Virus record (IMG/VR): IMGVR_UViG_2541047936_000004
Length of the DNA stretch: 21,784 nucleotides
Direction: 5' to 3' (one strand)
Source: a virus
Lineage: Duplodnaviria > Heunggongvirae > Uroviricota > Caudoviricetes
Shown: piece by piece, positions 18,724 through 21,784 of the stretch
How positions within the stretch are numbered: position 1 is the first letter of the stretch
How the letters are laid out: every line of letters starts with the position of its first letter
Position numbers and translations under genes: made by a program
Notes under the pieces: generated by a model
What the model was told of the DNA's origin: nothing
The model's input: the letters and a program-made list of their open reading frames with translations, nothing else
Database searches by the model: none

Positions 18724-18963
18724 ATGTTCAGAATCATTTTTCCTAACACCTGGTACGTCGACCACCACGGCACTCCCTGCAAAATCCTGCGTTCTACCCA
18801 CAACAAAGTTCACTACATCCGAAAAGGCAGAACATGTATCGCCAGCATGTTCCGCTTTAATCATGACTTTGAACCTGTGAATAAAGCTGATGCAGATCGG
18901 ATAGCAGAAGAGATCGAAACGGCAGAACACATTAAGAAGTTACGTGCCATACGCAGGAAATAG
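18724..18963 (+). CDS. Hypothetical 79-aa protein
   Basis: ORF in the same orientation as the early-left operon, ending 52 bp before IS629 copy 2; no family recognised. Confidence 0.35.
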   Translation: MFRIIFPNTWYVDHHGTPCKILRSTHNKVHYIRKGRTCIASMFRFNHDFEPVNKADADRIAEEIETAEHIKKLRAIRRK

Positions 18964-19057
18964 AAAAATTGATAAATTCAATACTGCATTACTCAGCATT
19001 AAATTTATCTCTATGTGAACCGCCCCGGGTTTCCTGGAGAGTGTTTTATCTGTGAAC

Positions 19058-19948
19058 TCAGGCTGCCAGATCATCGTTTCCGATGGAAGCATAATAAGCT
19101 TTTTCTGCTTCTGCCGGAGGAGTATGGCCCAGCCTTTCCAGCAATCGTCGATTGTTATACCAGTCCACCCACGTGAGTGTGGCCAGTTCCACTTCTGCAC
19201 GGTTTTTCCAGCTCTTACGGTGTATTACCTCCGCTTTGTAAAGACCATTGATGCTCTCCGCCATCGCGTTGTCATACGAGTCGCCTGTACTTCCTGTTGA
19301 TGCCAGTAATCCGGCTTCCTTAAGCCGCTGTGTGTAGGCCAGCGATACATACTGAGAACCTTTATCACTGTGATGGACCGTGCCGGACGGTCGACGGGCC
19401 CATAACGCCTGCTCCAGTGCATCCAGCACGAATGTCGTTTCCATGGACGATGAGACCCGCCACCCCACGATGTATCCGGCAAACACATCAATGATGAACG
19501 CCACATAGACGAAGCCCCGCCATGTGCTGACGTAAGTAAAATCAGCCACCCACAGCTGGTCAGGTCGTTCTGCCACGAACTGACGGTTTACGCGGTCGCC
19601 TGCGGCAACGGCTTTCCGGCTGATGGTCGTACGGACCTTTTTACCCCGGAGAACACCGGCAAGTCCCATAACCGCCATGAGGCGCGCCACTGTACATCTG
19701 GCCACCCTGATTCCTTCCCGTAACAACTGACGCCAGACTTTACGCACACCGTACACCTGATGATTTTCATCGTATACGCGCTGTATCTCTCTCTTCAGCC
19801 AGTCATCGTGCTGCGCACGGGCACTGCGTTTATCCGGATGATGTCGCTGTTGCTGACAATGGTAATACGTTGACGGGGCAATATGCAGTTCGCTGCATAC
19901 CGGTCCGACCCCGTACTGCTCACGCAGCTTATCCAGCAGTGGCATCAT
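19058..19948 (-). CDS. IS629 OrfB transposase (copy 2)
   Basis: Protein identical to 11204-12094. Confidence 0.85.
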   Translation of the reverse strand: MMPLLDKLREQYGVGPVCSELHIAPSTYYHCQQQRHHPDKRSARAQHDDWLKREIQRVYDENHQVYGVRKVWRQLLREGIRVARCTVARLMAVMGLAGVLRGKKVRTTISRKAVAAGDRVNRQFVAERPDQLWVADFTYVSTWRGFVYVAFIIDVFAGYIVGWRVSSSMETTFVLDALEQALWARRPSGTVHHSDKGSQYVSLAYTQRLKEAGLLASTGSTGDSYDNAMAESINGLYKAEVIHRKSWKNRAEVELATLTWVDWYNNRRLLERLGHTPPAEAEKAYYASIGNDDLAA

Positions 19949-20271
19949 TTTTTCCAGAGGCGGTCGAACTCCGCCTTCGCAAAATAAGCGGAAGCCTGGC
20001 GAAGGATATCGTTACTGCGGCGCAGTTCACGATTTTCACGTTCCAGCTCTTTCAGACGCTGACGTTCAGCGCTGGTGAGCCCACCATCACCGCCCCCGGT
20101 ATCCCGCTCATGCTGGCGAACCCAGACACGCAGAGTCTCCGGCGTACAGCCAATCTTTGGGGCAATGGAACAAATTGCCGCCCACTGTGAGTCATATTCA
20201 TCCTGACTTTCCAGAACCATACGGACTGCCCGTTGACGGACTTCGGGGGAAAAACGAGTATTTTTAGTCAT
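19945..20271 (-). CDS. IS629 OrfA (copy 2)
   Basis: Protein identical to 10881-11207. Confidence 0.85.
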   Translation of the reverse strand: MTKNTRFSPEVRQRAVRMVLESQDEYDSQWAAICSIAPKIGCTPETLRVWVRQHERDTGGGDGGLTSAERQRLKELERENRELRRSNDILRQASAYFAKAEFDRLWKK

Positions 20272-20415
20272 CCTGTTTACCTCTTTCTCAGGAAGTTTAG
20301 TCTCCAGGATTCCCGGGGCGGTTCACTGACCAGTCAAGAGATGTACCTGCCATGAGCTTAATATCATGTCAGATATATCGGTCACAAACTCCCTCAGCAG
20401 CTAAGAGGAGGACAA

Positions 20416-20652
20416 ATGTCTCGACTAATCACTTTACAGGACTGGGCTAAAGAAGAATTTGGGGACTTAGCACCAAGTGAGCGAGTTCTGAAAAAATACG
20501 CGCAAGGGAAAATGATGGCCCCACCCGCTATAAAAGTTGGTCGCTACTGGATGATTGACCGAAATTCCCGTTTTGTAGGAACGCTTGCAGAACCGCAACT
20601 CCCAATAAACGCAAACCCAAAACTCCAACGGATAATCGCTGATGGCTGCTAG
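20416..20652 (+). CDS. xis: Excisionase (Xis-like)
   Basis: 78-aa ORF immediately upstream of and overlapping int, with a strong ribosome-binding site (AAGAGGAGGA); the LITLQDW...PPAIKVGRYW pattern resembles the lambda Xis family (LTLQEW...PPPVKDGREY). Confidence 0.7.
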   Translation: MSRLITLQDWAKEEFGDLAPSERVLKKYAQGKMMAPPAIKVGRYWMIDRNSRFVGTLAEPQLPINANPKLQRIIADGC

Positions 20653-21784
20653 ACCCCGATCTCACAAAATCTCTATACCCAATTTATATTGCAAATTAGA
20701 TAAGCGAACCGGAAAGGTATATTGGCAATACAAACATCCACTATCCGGTCGTTTTCATAGCTTAGGAACTGATGAGAATGAAGCAAAACAAGTTGCTACT
20801 GAAGCAAATACCATTATTGCTGAACAACGTGCCAGACAAATATTAAGCGTCAATGAGCGTCTGGAAAGAATGAAAGGCAGGCGCTCAGACATTACGGTGA
20901 CAGAATGGCTTGATAAATATATTTCTATCCAGGAGGACAGGCTGCAACATAATGAACTAAGACCCAACTCCTATCGGCAAAAAGGCAAACCCATTCGTCT
21001 TTTCCGTGAGCATTGTGGAATGCAACACCTCAAGGATATTACCGCACTTGATATTGCCGAAATAATTGATGCTGTAAAGGCTGAAGGTCATAACAGGATG
21101 GCGCAAGTCGTGAGAATGGTGTTGATCGACGTCTTCAAAGAAGCACAACACGCAGGACATGTTCCGCCAGGATTTAACCCTGCGCAGGCAACAAAACAAC
21201 CGCGAAATCGAGTAAACCGCCAAAGATTGTCACTGCTCGAATGGCAGGCAATATTTGAAAGCGTAAGCAGACGGCAGCCCTATTTAAAATGCGGCATGCT
21301 ACTTGCTCTTGTTACTGGACAACGTTTAGGCGATATCTGCAATTTGAAATTCTCTGATATATGGGACGACATGTTGCACATTACTCAGGAAAAAACCGGT
21401 TCAAAACTTGCTATTCCGCTTAACCTGAAATGCGATGCTCTGAATATTACCCTTCGTGAAGTTATATCTCAGTGCAGGGATGCTGTTGTTAGTAAATATC
21501 TGGTCCATTACCGTCACACTACCTCTCAAGCAAACAGAGGAGACCAGGTTTCTGCAAATACTCTGACAACGGCTTTTAAAAAGGCCCGGGAAAAATGTGG
21601 CATAAAATGGGAGCAAGGAACTGCGCCCACATTTCATGAGCAGCGATCTCTCTCAGAACGGTTATATCGGGAACAGGGTCTGGATACGCAAAAGTTGTTA
21701 GGCCATAAATCCAGAAAAATGACCGACCGATACAATGATGATCGTGGTAAAGACTGGATTATCGTAGATATCAAAACAGCATAG
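20642..21784 (+). CDS. int: Tyrosine integrase, lambda Int family
   Basis: 380-aa ORF colinear with lambda Int: RPRSH..PNLY near the N-terminus, LALVTGQRLGDICNLKFSDI vs LAVVTGQRVGDLCEMKWSDI, PTFHEQRSLSERLY vs PTFHELRSLSARLY, LLGHKS...RYNDDRG vs LLGHKS...QYRDDRG (catalytic Tyr context). The stop is the last codon of the window. Confidence 0.9.
   Translation: MAARPRSHKISIPNLYCKLDKRTGKVYWQYKHPLSGRFHSLGTDENEAKQVATEANTIIAEQRARQILSVNERLERMKGRRSDITVTEWLDKYISIQEDRLQHNELRPNSYRQKGKPIRLFREHCGMQHLKDITALDIAEIIDAVKAEGHNRMAQVVRMVLIDVFKEAQHAGHVPPGFNPAQATKQPRNRVNRQRLSLLEWQAIFESVSRRQPYLKCGMLLALVTGQRLGDICNLKFSDIWDDMLHITQEKTGSKLAIPLNLKCDALNITLREVISQCRDAVVSKYLVHYRHTTSQANRGDQVSANTLTTAFKKAREKCGIKWEQGTAPTFHEQRSLSERLYREQGLDTQKLLGHKSRKMTDRYNDDRGKDWIIVDIKTA

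Larger units (their letters stand above)
19016..20325 (-). mobile_element. IS3-family insertion sequence, IS629-like (1310 bp), copy 2, inverted relative to copy 1
   Basis: Encodes the same two ORF products as copy 1 and has the same terminal repeats and length. Flanking triplets are ATG (19013-19015) and CTG (20326-20328), so there is no target-site duplication. Confidence 0.85.

Noticed and set aside
10827-20325. Composite transposon formed by the two IS629 copies, or a past inversion between them.
   Set aside because: Outer flanks (CCA and CTG) do not match, copy 1 has its own intact duplication, flank relationships do not fit an inversion product, and the gene order between the copies is colinear with the lambda map.
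1-21784. CRISPR arrays, rRNA genes or complete tRNA genes.
   Set aside because: No regularly spaced direct repeats with unique spacers and no complete cloverleaf-compatible or rRNA-like sequence were seen; the only tRNA-like signal is the T-arm fragment at 5680-5717.

Overview
This window is the attR-side junction and most of a decayed lambdoid prophage integrated in the isocitrate dehydrogenase gene (icd), drawn reverse-complemented relative to the usual E. coli K-12 map. All identifications are from reading the sequence and recalling reference proteins; no searches were run. Left to right: host genes ycgX and iraM; the native icd terminator and a 165-bp displaced icd 3' end (icdC-like scar, 1532-1696); about 700 bp of AT-rich spacer; a McrBC-type modification-dependent restriction module (2397-5497) sitting where K-12 e14 carries mcrA; lambda-like tfa, a 5'-truncated stf and a J remnant; a NinB-like fragment; a membrane-protein gene split by IS629 (copy 1, with CCA target duplication); a YbcK-like large serine recombinase; emrE; ren, P and an O remnant fused head-to-head to a 5'-truncated exo, so the whole immunity region is missing; an early-left accessory operon with a coupled 52-codon sORF, an orphan DndB-like DGQHR-domain protein, a TraR/DksA-type zinc finger and a small ORF; IS629 copy 2 (inverted, no target duplication); and xis plus a lambda-type int ending at the window edge. 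Replication, lysis, head and most tail genes are absent, so the element is cryptic. The two most interesting candidates are the McrB homologue with a roughly 385-residue N-terminal region that I do not recognise, and the solitary DGQHR protein.
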